Under the pieces are notes generated by a model. That model was not told the origin of the DNA. It worked only from the letters and a program-made list of their open reading frames with translations, and did no database searches. Source: a virus (Duplodnaviria > Caudoviricetes). Taken from it: a DNA stretch of 35,723 nucleotides. This document shows positions 9,370 to 18,546 of the stretch, in pieces. Location of the stretch: positions 1-35,723 of the IMG/VR virus record IMGVR_UViG_3300037608_000024, one strand, 5' to 3'. A program made the translations under genes and the position numbers. How positions within the stretch are numbered: position 1 is the stretch's first letter; every line of letters starts with the position of its first letter.

Positions 9370-9898
9370 AGACCTCCCGCAAATCTTGCTGATTTTGAGT
9401 TCGCAATTTATGAAAGACCATACCCGGGCGGGCGAACCGACACACTTCAAAGAGCAAATAGAAATCGGGTTGGGTAAATATGAACAAATGGCATACTTCC
9501 CCGAACCCGGTAAAACCGTGAATGTAAACACTGCAAAACTCCACACACTCCGGGCAAAATACAAAGAGTGGGAAGCTAAAATCGCAAGGGTAAACCGGGG
9601 CGAAGCCGTGCTCCGGGTTGTAACGTGGGCGGGCGCACCGTATCGCACCCCGTGGGTTGACGTTTGCATCCTAACGAAAGACGATGGCGTTGGTGTGCAA
9701 AAAGTACAGTTTGACGCACGGAATATCGGCGTGTATCCTGTTATCGTAACACGGGAGGATGGTAGTACTGTTCAAATAGACCCGCCATACATAGCAAAGA
9801 ATGACGGGCTTTCGTTGGTTGATATGGTGGCATGGTTTAAAGAATATGACCTCACCGAACCGCTTGCAATTATTCACTTCACTAAATTTAGATATTGA
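9353..9898 (+). CDS. ASCH/PUA-like domain protein (tentative)
   Basis: KLHTLR matches the ASCH KxxTxR motif; WAGAPYR and IAKNDGLS...WF elements. Confidence 0.55.
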   Translation: MKKPNKDLPQILLILSSQFMKDHTRAGEPTHFKEQIEIGLGKYEQMAYFPEPGKTVNVNTAKLHTLRAKYKEWEAKIARVNRGEAVLRVVTWAGAPYRTPWVDVCILTKDDGVGVQKVQFDARNIGVYPVIVTREDGSTVQIDPPYIAKNDGLSLVDMVAWFKEYDLTEPLAIIHFTKFRY

Positions 9899-9899
9899 A

Positions 9900-10457
9900 A
9901 TGAAAAAAGAATCAAACCATATCAAAAACATAACAGAAGCCATTGCAATAAGATTATTCAACCGGAAATTCGGTGATAACTTTTGGACGCGCTGGGAAAA
10001 GGTTAAAGAGGAATTTAATGAACTAAACGAAGTAATTGAACAAGTGAAAATGAACGGGTCAAAAGGGATTGCATCTTCACCCGAAACATTTGAACACCTT
10101 GATGATGAAATATGCGACTTGTATGGCACGATAACACATTTTGCAAGTATTAGGGGTCTGTTTCATAGAAATATGCTCGATACTGTCGTTGATAAAGTAA
10201 TAACCCGGGAAACAAACCCCGATTATAAACGATTTGAAGTGCTCCCGAAACTAAAACCATTGAAAAAAATGGTTGTAAAAAAGGAAATCAGTAACGGGGC
10301 GGGGACAATCATAATGATACCCGGCGAGGTTGTTTTTGTACAGCAAACAGGAACACAAAATTCAGTTGTAGTCTACAAGATTAAAAACGAAAACGAATTG
10401 GGAGCAAAAATAATTTATGTTCCATTGGAAAAACTCGAACCAATTAAAGAAAACTAA
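9900..10457 (+). CDS. MazG-like all-alpha NTP pyrophosphatase domain protein (tentative)
   Basis: KVKEEFNEL and DDEICDL match the EExxE...ExxD pattern; likely ATG at 9900. Confidence 0.55.
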   Translation: MKKESNHIKNITEAIAIRLFNRKFGDNFWTRWEKVKEEFNELNEVIEQVKMNGSKGIASSPETFEHLDDEICDLYGTITHFASIRGLFHRNMLDTVVDKVITRETNPDYKRFEVLPKLKPLKKMVVKKEISNGAGTIIMIPGEVVFVQQTGTQNSVVVYKIKNENELGAKIIYVPLEKLEPIKEN

Positions 10458-10459
10458 AA

Positions 10460-11272
10460 ATGGAAAACTTCAAAGGAAAAGCAATTTACAACCCATCCGG
10501 GAAAGCGGGTGAATACTCATATTGGGCGTGTAACTTTTATGTCGGTTGCTCAAATGATTGCTCTTATTGCTATTGTAAAAAAGGCGTGCTCGGCTCTGTA
10601 ATGGGTGCAAACGTGGCAACACTGAAAAAATGCTTTAAAAGCAATGAACACGCTTTGCAGGTGTTTGAAAAGGAGCTTTTGAAAAACATTGACAGCCTCC
10701 GGGAACACGGGCTGTTTTTTACGTTTACGAGCGACCCAATGCTAAAAGAAACAATTGGACTTACAATTCAAGCAATGGTTATTTGTAATGGGTACGATAT
10801 TCCTGTTAAAATTCTAACAAAAAAAGCTGATTGGATTGATGCATTTCTTGAATATGGATTTGGTAATCAAATACTAATAGCTATCGGCTTCACCCTGACA
10901 GGGCACGACGAACTTGAACCCGGCGCAAGCCCAAACGCTGAACGTATCGAAGCCATGAGGAAATTGCACAAAGCCGGGTTTAAAACCTTTGCTTCAATTG
11001 AGCCGATAATTGATTTCAATAGCAGTATCCGGATGATTAAGGAAACCGCCGGGGCGTGTGACTTGTATAAAATCGGGTTACTGGCTGGGGGGAAGTACAA
11101 CCAAACAGAGGCAATGACTTTCTATTATTCACTTATCCCGTTGCTCTCTGATACCGATTGCCGTGTGTATTTTAAAGATAGTTTTATAAACCTTATCGGG
11201 ATTGACAGGCAAATGCTCGCTTCTACATGGAGTAAAGCCGCAGGTCGCGATTATAACATGTTTTTAGTATGA
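10460..11272 (+). CDS. Radical SAM protein (SplB-like phage type)
   Basis: GCSNDCSYCY CxxxCxxC motif; TSDP, ILTK, SIEPII. Confidence 0.85.
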   Translation: MENFKGKAIYNPSGKAGEYSYWACNFYVGCSNDCSYCYCKKGVLGSVMGANVATLKKCFKSNEHALQVFEKELLKNIDSLREHGLFFTFTSDPMLKETIGLTIQAMVICNGYDIPVKILTKKADWIDAFLEYGFGNQILIAIGFTLTGHDELEPGASPNAERIEAMRKLHKAGFKTFASIEPIIDFNSSIRMIKETAGACDLYKIGLLAGGKYNQTEAMTFYYSLIPLLSDTDCRVYFKDSFINLIGIDRQMLASTWSKAAGRDYNMFLV

Positions 11273-11496
11273 TTAAACCAATAAACATTCTCCCCGATTT
11301 AGAGATTGGGGACACTTACATTATGGGCGGATTCACTGTAATAGTGAAACAGGCTGACGATAGTGGGTGTAAAAGGTGTGCGCTTATCAATGATTGTGCC
11401 CGATTCGTAAGAAAGTCGAAGCTAAAGGATTATCACGTGTATTGCGCCGCGTTTTATCGCTTTGATAGACAGAGTGTCGTTTTTGCAAATAAATAG
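11269..11496 (+). CDS. Small Cys-containing hypothetical protein
   Basis: ATGA overlap with upstream gene; CKRCAL motif. Confidence 0.65.
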   Translation: MIKPINILPDLEIGDTYIMGGFTVIVKQADDSGCKRCALINDCARFVRKSKLKDYHVYCAAFYRFDRQSVVFANK

Positions 11497-11513
11497 CCCA
11501 AATTTCAAAGATT

Positions 11514-11999
11514 ATGAGTAAAAAGGTACAAACACCCGCAAATGGGTACGATATGCTGAAATTAAAAGAAAAAACAGCGAAAAAACGGTATTGTATAGGA
11601 ATTGACCCGGGCACTTCTACGGGCTTTGCAATTTGGGACACACAAACCCGGGAATTTATATCCCTTGAAACGGTTATGATACACAAAGCATTTGACAGGG
11701 TGCAAGCCACGATTTCATGCTTTGGAAAAGAAAACATTCATGTCCGTTACGAGGATGCAAGGCTTAGAAATTGGTTCGGCACTTCCGGGCGGGAAAAACT
11801 GCAAGGGGCGGGGAGCATAAAAAGGGATTCAACCATTTGGGAAGATTACCTCCAAAGCATTCAAATATCATTTGAAAAAGTTGCACCCAAAAGCAACAAA
11901 ACAAAAATGGACGCCGAACCGTTCAACCGATTAACCCGCTACAAAGGGCGTTCATCAGAGCACGCCCGCGATGCGGCGATGTTAGTGTTCGGTATGTAA
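11514..11999 (+). CDS. RuvC-like (RNase H fold) Holliday junction resolvase
   Basis: IGIDPG, YED and HARDAA acidic motifs. Confidence 0.75.
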   Translation: MSKKVQTPANGYDMLKLKEKTAKKRYCIGIDPGTSTGFAIWDTQTREFISLETVMIHKAFDRVQATISCFGKENIHVRYEDARLRNWFGTSGREKLQGAGSIKRDSTIWEDYLQSIQISFEKVAPKSNKTKMDAEPFNRLTRYKGRSSEHARDAAMLVFGM

Positions 12000-12007
12000 A
12001 ATTTTTT

Positions 12008-12049
12008 ATACTCAAAGTGATTATAATACAAACACTTTGAGTATTTTTG
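12008..12049 (+). promoter_or_regulatory. Operator palindrome overlapping a -7 promoter element, upstream of the modification/packaging operon
   Basis: ATACTCAAAGTG...CACTTTGAGTAT 12-bp arms around core GTGATTA-N5-CAAACAC; TATTTTTG at 12042-12049. Confidence 0.75.
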
Positions 12050-12074
12050 TTCCAACTTATTAAAATTCAAATTT

Positions 12075-13403
12075 ATGGTAAACCAAATTAATCTAAATGT
12101 GAATGAACTTGAACTCAACTTCGGTCAAGTTGACGGGCTTCCAACAAATCCGCGAACCATTGATGATGACAAGTATCAAAAATTAAAACAATCACTAATC
12201 GATGACCCGGAAATGCTCGAACTCCGGGAACTTATTGTTTTCCCACACGGCGGGAAATATGTCATTGTCGGCGGGAATATGCGATACAGGGCTTCCGTTG
12301 AGCTTGGATATAAAGAATTACCGTGCAAAGTACTCCCCGCTGAAACCCCTATCAGTAAATTAAAAGCCTATGTAATGAAAGATAATATTTCTTACGGTTC
12401 TTTCGATTGGGATATGTTGGCTAATGAATGGGACGAAGCCGAACTCGTAGAATGGGGTCTTGACGTATGGCAACCGGAGGATGAACACGGTGACAGCGAA
12501 AGCGGCGCAACCCCCGGGGAAAAACATGGTGACTTAAAAGCCCGGTTTATCGTACCCCCTTTCTCTGTCTTAGACACGAAACAAGGGTACTGGCAAGAAA
12601 GGAAAAATGGATGGCTTGAAATAACTGGCAACCTTTCTGAAACCCGCGACGGTGAATTTGGGAAAGTATCAGGCGGTGAAAATAGTGTATTTGAGAGCAT
12701 AAATAACGGCACATCCAATTTCGACCCGGTACTCGCCGAAATCATGATGCTTTGGTTTTGCCCGGATGGTGGGAAAATCCTTGACCCATTTGGGGGCGAA
12801 CAGACAAAAGGCGTTGTCGCTGGTACTCTTGGTTGCGAATACCATGCAGTAGAGTTCCGCCCCGAGCAAGTGGCTTTGAATATGGCTAAATGTAAGGATT
12901 TCCCGGGTGTGCATTATACCGCTGGGGATAGTAACAACATTTCAAAACTGATTAAGGAGCGCGACTTCAATTTCTGCTTTACATCGCCCCCTTACTATGA
13001 CTTAGAAGTGTATTCAAAAGATGACATGTCGGCACTCGGTACTTATGAAGAGTTCATGGTTCAATACGAAAACATCTTCCGGCAGTGTTACGACATGCTC
13101 GCTGAAAACTCGTTTTTAGTGGTTAAGATTTGCGAGATAAGGGACAAGAAAACAGGTGTTTATCGCAATTTCGTCGGCGACAACATTACTATTTTCAACC
13201 GTATCGGCTTTAAGTACTACAACGAAATAATCCTTGTCAACAGCATTGGGACGGCGGCTTTCCGTGCAAACAACGCAATGACAAGCCGTAAAGTCGTAAA
13301 GGTACATCAGAATGTCCTCGTATTCTACAAAGGAAACCCCGATAAAATCAAAGACAATTTCACAAAAATCGACTACAAAGATGAAGATTTGGAAACCGCT
13401 TGA
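12075..13403 (+). CDS. ParB/Srx N-terminal domain fused to an amino-DNA methyltransferase-like domain
   Basis: NPRTI and GGNMRYRA ParB motifs; SAM-binding ILDPFGG; catalytic FTSPPYY. Confidence 0.88.
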   Translation: MVNQINLNVNELELNFGQVDGLPTNPRTIDDDKYQKLKQSLIDDPEMLELRELIVFPHGGKYVIVGGNMRYRASVELGYKELPCKVLPAETPISKLKAYVMKDNISYGSFDWDMLANEWDEAELVEWGLDVWQPEDEHGDSESGATPGEKHGDLKARFIVPPFSVLDTKQGYWQERKNGWLEITGNLSETRDGEFGKVSGGENSVFESINNGTSNFDPVLAEIMMLWFCPDGGKILDPFGGEQTKGVVAGTLGCEYHAVEFRPEQVALNMAKCKDFPGVHYTAGDSNNISKLIKERDFNFCFTSPPYYDLEVYSKDDMSALGTYEEFMVQYENIFRQCYDMLAENSFLVVKICEIRDKKTGVYRNFVGDNITIFNRIGFKYYNEIILVNSIGTAAFRANNAMTSRKVVKVHQNVLVFYKGNPDKIKDNFTKIDYKDEDLETA

Positions 13404-13887
13404 TGTAAGCAAGATTGAAAAGTCTGTCCGTGCAAGGGTAATCAAAAGACACATGGAGGCATACGGCTATAAACTGGCTGTATGCTTTTCGTGTGGCAAT
13501 GCAACACGGGAACTAAAAAATGCAGGTGTTGACATTTTGGCTATAAGCCCGGGCGGCGACTTACTCCCGAACCGTTGGTTTACAATGGCTGAAATTACTG
13601 TGAAGTTCCCCGGATATTTCGATGCTACAAGTGGTCATCTTTCTATTGATATAATGAATGAAATCGCAAGGCAATTGAAGTATGAATTCAATTTAATACC
13701 GGGCGAGTTCTACGATGTCCCAACTGGCAGCGGGGAAACGATTATTTGTTTGGCAATAGCTTTCCCACAATGCAAATTCAGGGCGGTGTATGATGACAAT
13801 AACCCTGCAACGGCTTACGAGATAAACGCACCTCTGAACTGGTTAATTGCTTCCACATTTGAAACAAAAAGAATATGCAAGAATTAA
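13381..13887 (+). CDS. Compact fold-type II PLP-enzyme-like protein (TrpB/CysK/threonine synthase superfamily)
   Basis: EKSVRA Lys motif, CFSCGNA (SxGN), VPTGSGET Gly-rich loop; overlaps the MTase stop. Confidence 0.55.
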   Translation: MKIWKPLDVSKIEKSVRARVIKRHMEAYGYKLAVCFSCGNATRELKNAGVDILAISPGGDLLPNRWFTMAEITVKFPGYFDATSGHLSIDIMNEIARQLKYEFNLIPGEFYDVPTGSGETIICLAIAFPQCKFRAVYDDNNPATAYEINAPLNWLIASTFETKRICKN

Positions 13888-15029
13888 GAAATATCCCGGC
13901 AGATTACACGCTAACAAACTACATAAAACCATTTTATGAAATGTTTAGCGATAAAAAGTACCCATTAAACCTGAAAGTTGACAGGCGTTTGGGTGCAATC
14001 CTGTCGCTTGTAAATATAAAGGCGGGGAAACGACCGATTGAAATAAACCACGACAATCGCCTACAGTCAGGGATAAAAGCCCCCGCAAATGTAAACCCCA
14101 AAAAGATATTTATTGCTTTTTCAGGGGGTAAAGATTGCCTCGCAACAGCTATAATCGCAAAAGAAAGGGGCTTTGAACCTACTTTGGTCTATATCGGGGG
14201 CGTGAATAAATCATTGCCATCCGAACATGTTTGTGCTGTCGCCGCTGCAAAGGTTGCAGGCTTCCCGCTGGTAGAACTAAAACTACATATCGCAGGGACA
14301 AAGGAGTACGGCGACCATCCCATTAAAAACATCCTTTTGCTCTCTATGATAGTCGACGAGGGCTTGAAGCATGGTTGCATCAATTTCAGCATGGGAAACC
14401 TCTTTGAGGAAACCGCCGACCGTGGGAGCCTCGATTTTGATTTTTCAGATAGTTGGGAAATGCTCCGGATGTTTGCCCGGCTTTTGGCTGTGTATATCCC
14501 CGGCGCGAAATTGCACGCTTTTATCCACGATAATCTTCAATCTTTCTATACGGTTTATCGGTACAACAAAAACGCACTGGCAAAGCTGTCAACCTGCATA
14601 ACGCCCGATTTCCGCCGCCCTATGATACAAAAAGCAAACCGGGCAAAGTTTGGGTCACTGTTAGTCCCTGAATTCAGATGTGGGAATTGCTATAAATGTG
14701 CCGACGAATATCGTTTCATGTCGGCTTTCGGGTTAAGACCGTACAACAAAAAATTCATGGAGCATTGCCGGGCGGCAAACGCAAAATTTGATATGAATTA
14801 CCCGACTGACTTTGTAGATAACACGCCGGGAATTAATCGCTTCGGTGGAAAAAATCATACTGAAATACAAGTTCTTTCTGATAGGTGTGGTTTCTACATT
14901 GGGCGGCTTGTCTACGATGGGCGGCTGAATAAATTTTTTGTTGACCGCTTTTATGGGAATAAGCACTATAAAACCCGGGGGGCGGCGGAAGCTATTTTGG
15001 AACGTTATAAATCAATTTTCAAACTATGA
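13875..15029 (+). CDS. QueC-like PP-loop ATPase (adenylating ligase)
   Basis: IAFSGGKDC PP-loop; LSTC...CGNCYKC Zn-site pattern as in QueC. Confidence 0.75.
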   Translation: MQELRNIPADYTLTNYIKPFYEMFSDKKYPLNLKVDRRLGAILSLVNIKAGKRPIEINHDNRLQSGIKAPANVNPKKIFIAFSGGKDCLATAIIAKERGFEPTLVYIGGVNKSLPSEHVCAVAAAKVAGFPLVELKLHIAGTKEYGDHPIKNILLLSMIVDEGLKHGCINFSMGNLFEETADRGSLDFDFSDSWEMLRMFARLLAVYIPGAKLHAFIHDNLQSFYTVYRYNKNALAKLSTCITPDFRRPMIQKANRAKFGSLLVPEFRCGNCYKCADEYRFMSAFGLRPYNKKFMEHCRAANAKFDMNYPTDFVDNTPGINRFGGKNHTEIQVLSDRCGFYIGRLVYDGRLNKFFVDRFYGNKHYKTRGAAEAILERYKSIFKL

Positions 15030-15658
15030 GCGCAAACACGACGAGCGACGGCATTTATGCCAAAAAAGTAAAGGATGCACGGCTTGAAATAGTCGCAAAC
15101 CTGTATAAAAGGGGATATTCTTTCCGTAAGATAGCCACGGAAGTGAAAGAGCGTTTGGGGCTTGAAAAAGATGTATCGCTAAACACTATTCACGGCGATA
15201 TAAAAGCCTTAAAAAAGGAGCTACTTCAAACAAGAATTTCAGATATGGAGTTCGCCCTGAATTTAGAGTTATCGCGTATCGATGACACAATCAGGGAACT
15301 TTGGTCGCAATGGGAGAAATCTAAACAAGATTACACAAAGCGGTCTGAAACGCAAAAGGGCAGCCCCAAAAAGAAAGATGATAAAACCCCGGGCGAAGTC
15401 ATAAAGACTTATCAGGTTGAAAAAACAATGCAAGAGGTCGTCCAACTTGGGAATGTGTCATATATCGCTGAAATCCGGTTACAATTAGCTGAACGCCGGA
15501 AATTACTCGGTTTATACGCACCCGAAAGAAAGGAGTTAACAGGCAAAGATGGGAGAGATTTGAACCCCCCGGCGACAGAGATTGATTTGACCAAACTAAC
15601 AGATGAAGAAAAAGTACTTTTATTAAGTATTGCACGCAAAAATGACCAACAAAATTGA
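15026..15658 (+). CDS. terS: Terminase small subunit
   Basis: N-terminal HTH, RRKLLGL and KELTGKDG motifs; directly upstream of terL. Confidence 0.75.
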   Translation: MSANTTSDGIYAKKVKDARLEIVANLYKRGYSFRKIATEVKERLGLEKDVSLNTIHGDIKALKKELLQTRISDMEFALNLELSRIDDTIRELWSQWEKSKQDYTKRSETQKGSPKKKDDKTPGEVIKTYQVEKTMQEVVQLGNVSYIAEIRLQLAERRKLLGLYAPERKELTGKDGRDLNPPATEIDLTKLTDEEKVLLLSIARKNDQQN

Positions 15659-17096
15659 AATATCAAAGGAGCTTTTAAATGCAATCGAAAGGGATGCGTG
15701 CAAAAGGGATTTCTTTGAGTTTGTTCAAAGTTTTTGGTCTGTAGTAATCAAGGAAGAACCCTGTTATAACTGGCATATCCGGTTCTTGTGTAATGAGTTA
15801 CAAGAACTATCAAAGTCTATTGTTGCAAGGGAAAAGAAGCCCTATGATTTAATTATCAATATCCCGCCCGGTACAACAAAATCGACAATCGTAACGATTA
15901 TGTTCCCGGCGTGGCTTTGGACTATCGACCCGACATTAAGGGTTATCACGAACTCTTACAGTAGTGACTTATCTACTGAACACGCTGTAAAGAGCCGCGA
16001 TATTATCCTTTCTGACAAGTATAAAAGGCTATTCCCGGAGGTGGTTATCAGGCGTGACAAATCAGGGAAAGAAAGCTACGAGAACACAGCAACAGGGGCA
16101 CGGTACACAACATCAACGGGGGGGACAATTACAGGGAAGCACGCCCATGTCATTATCAATGATGACCCGCTGAACCCGAAACAGGCAGCATCGGATACAC
16201 AGCGCAAGGGAGCAAACGAACACACAAAAACGCTTTCTTCACGTAAGGTAAACAAAGCCAAAACACCGACAATCACTATCATGCAGCGATTGCACGAAAG
16301 CGATGTTACTGGTTATTTATTATCAAAGAAAAGCGAGGGGATTAGACATATTTGCCTCCCCGCCGAAAGCAGTGGGAACGTAATGCCTGAAAGCCTCCGC
16401 GATAATTATATTGATGGGCTTCTTGACCCTGTAAGGTTATCCCGGGAAGTATTGAATGAAGCGTTGGTCGATTTGGGTTCTCGTGGATATGCCGGGCAAT
16501 ATGGTCAAAGCCCTGTCGCCGATGGTGGTAACATAATCAAAAAAGACTGGTTTCAAACCATTTCGAGGTCTGATTTTTACCAATTGCATTCCAACGAGCC
16601 GATTGTGTTTTTTGGTGATACAGCATACACGGACAAGAAAGATGAAAACGACCCGTCGGGCTTTATTGGGACATGCAAAATCGGACAGTCGATTTACATT
16701 ACCGGGGCGATTAAAGTATGGAAGAAATTCCCTGATTTAATACGCTTTTTGCCGAAATGGGTTGAAGCAAATGGGTACACGAACCAAAGCACTTTAAGGA
16801 TTGAGCCAAAGGCAAACGGTAAATCAGTAGTCGATGAACTTAGGGATAAAACCCGGTTAAATGTAACCGAAACCCCGACACCTACTGGCAGCAAAAAAGA
16901 ACGCCTCGAAGTCGCTTCACCGACAATTGAATGCGGACGTGTTTACTTAGTTTTAGACCATTGGAATGAAGATTTTGTCGATGAAATTTGCGGTTTCCCA
17001 AATAAAACACATGACGAATATGTTGATTTGATTGCCTATGCAATTGATTATCATTTGAATACACAAAAAAAACAAGATTTATCAAAATACTTTTAA
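15642..17096 (+). CDS. terL: Terminase large subunit
   Basis: INIPPGTTKS Walker A, IINDDP Walker B, MQRLH, nuclease GDTAY...HDEYVD. Confidence 0.95.
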   Translation: MTNKIEISKELLNAIERDACKRDFFEFVQSFWSVVIKEEPCYNWHIRFLCNELQELSKSIVAREKKPYDLIINIPPGTTKSTIVTIMFPAWLWTIDPTLRVITNSYSSDLSTEHAVKSRDIILSDKYKRLFPEVVIRRDKSGKESYENTATGARYTTSTGGTITGKHAHVIINDDPLNPKQAASDTQRKGANEHTKTLSSRKVNKAKTPTITIMQRLHESDVTGYLLSKKSEGIRHICLPAESSGNVMPESLRDNYIDGLLDPVRLSREVLNEALVDLGSRGYAGQYGQSPVADGGNIIKKDWFQTISRSDFYQLHSNEPIVFFGDTAYTDKKDENDPSGFIGTCKIGQSIYITGAIKVWKKFPDLIRFLPKWVEANGYTNQSTLRIEPKANGKSVVDELRDKTRLNVTETPTPTGSKKERLEVASPTIECGRVYLVLDHWNEDFVDEICGFPNKTHDEYVDLIAYAIDYHLNTQKKQDLSKYF

Positions 17097-17109
17097 AAAA
17101 CATAATGTT

Positions 17110-18537
17110 ATGAAGATTAATGAGTTATTTATAAAAAGCGGTGTATCCGTAAAGGATGACGGAACGTTCGACCCCATGACGGCGATATTGCACCTTAGTC
17201 AACACAGGGGATGTCCCCTCCCTAAAATCGAGGACTATAAAAAGCAATATATCGTATCACAGCATGATACTGTCGATAAAGCACAACGCCCGGACAAACT
17301 GGTTGAACTTGAAGATGGGAAAACCCGGCTTGAAAAAGTGAACAGACTGGCTTTCCCGCTGCAAAAAGAAATCGTAAAAAAGGCGGTGCAATTTGCTTTC
17401 GGAAACCCCGTGAAGCTAAATTGTAACCCACAAAATGAACAGGAAAAACAGGTGTTCAACGCCGTTGACCGTATCTTGTATGACAACAAAATAAACGGCT
17501 TTAATCGCCGTGTTGCACGCACCCTTTTCAGGTGTTCGGAGGTTGCAGAGTATTGGTATAGCGTGCCCGCCGACGAACATGATGATTATGGTTTCCCATG
17601 TAAGTACCGTGTCCGGGTGGCACTGCTAAATCCATGGAATAACGAAAAACTATTGCCGTATTTTGACGAAAATCAGAATATGATTGCTTTCACCCGTGAT
17701 TTTATTTTTCACGAAAGCGATACGAATAAATACCGTTGCTTTGAAATACACACGGATGAAGAAACGCTCGTTTTAAGGCTGAAAGAAAACAACTGGCAAT
17801 CGATGGGGATTAAGCCTATTTCAATCAAAAAAGTACCTGTTATTTTTGGCAATCAGGAGGATGTTGAGTGGGCGGATGAGCAGTACTGCATTGACAGGCT
17901 CGAATACCTGCTTTCTAATTTTGCGGACACTAATGACTATCACGCTTCCCCGAAAATCTTTGTTCAGGGTCGTATTGTTGGGTTCTCGCGGAAAGGCGAA
18001 GCCGGGGGGATATTGGAGGGTGAAAAAGATAGTACAGCGCAATATCTGTCTTGGGCACACGCCCCGGAGGCTGTTAAGTTGGAAATTGAAACATTGCTCC
18101 GCTTTATTTATGGGTTTTCGCAAACCCCGGACGTATCGTTTGACAGCGTGAAAGGCTTGCAGGCAATCAGCGGCGAAGCCCTGCAAATGCTTTTCATGGA
18201 CGCACATTTGAAAGTACAGGATAAACGGGAGGTGTTCGATGACTACCTGCAACGCCGGATTAATCTTGTGAAAACCTTTGTCGGGAAAATAAACCTACAA
18301 CTTGAAAAAGTGGCTTCGGTGTTGCGGATTACCCCCGAAATCGTGCCATACATGATTGACGACCAAACGACAAGAATCAAAAATCTTGTGGCTGCAAACG
18401 GTAACAAACCAATCATCAGCCAAAAATCAGCGGTTGCAAAGGCTGGATTAGTCGAGAACGCCGATGATGAATGGGCACAAATTCAGGCAGAGGCAAAGGC
18501 AGAGAACACAAAGGATATTTTCGGAACAGCAGAATAA
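17110..18537 (+). CDS. Portal protein (SPP1 gp6-like)
   Basis: Position after terL, 475 aa, AFGNPV and SGEALQMLF motifs. Confidence 0.9.
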   Translation: MKINELFIKSGVSVKDDGTFDPMTAILHLSQHRGCPLPKIEDYKKQYIVSQHDTVDKAQRPDKLVELEDGKTRLEKVNRLAFPLQKEIVKKAVQFAFGNPVKLNCNPQNEQEKQVFNAVDRILYDNKINGFNRRVARTLFRCSEVAEYWYSVPADEHDDYGFPCKYRVRVALLNPWNNEKLLPYFDENQNMIAFTRDFIFHESDTNKYRCFEIHTDEETLVLRLKENNWQSMGIKPISIKKVPVIFGNQEDVEWADEQYCIDRLEYLLSNFADTNDYHASPKIFVQGRIVGFSRKGEAGGILEGEKDSTAQYLSWAHAPEAVKLEIETLLRFIYGFSQTPDVSFDSVKGLQAISGEALQMLFMDAHLKVQDKREVFDDYLQRRINLVKTFVGKINLQLEKVASVLRITPEIVPYMIDDQTTRIKNLVAANGNKPIISQKSAVAKAGLVENADDEWAQIQAEAKAENTKDIFGTAE

Positions 18538-18546
18538 TAGCTTTTA

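Noticed and set aside
11514-11999. TnpB/Cas12-like RuvC nuclease
   Set aside because: Only 161 aa, no Zn finger or adjacent RNA-like region; size and position fit a phage resolvase
10460-15029. Canonical 7-deazaguanine (dPreQ0/dG+) pathway
   Set aside because: No recognisable DpdA/TGT, FolE or QueD; the radical SAM protein looks SplB-like rather than QueE-like. Cannot be excluded if those genes are outside the window
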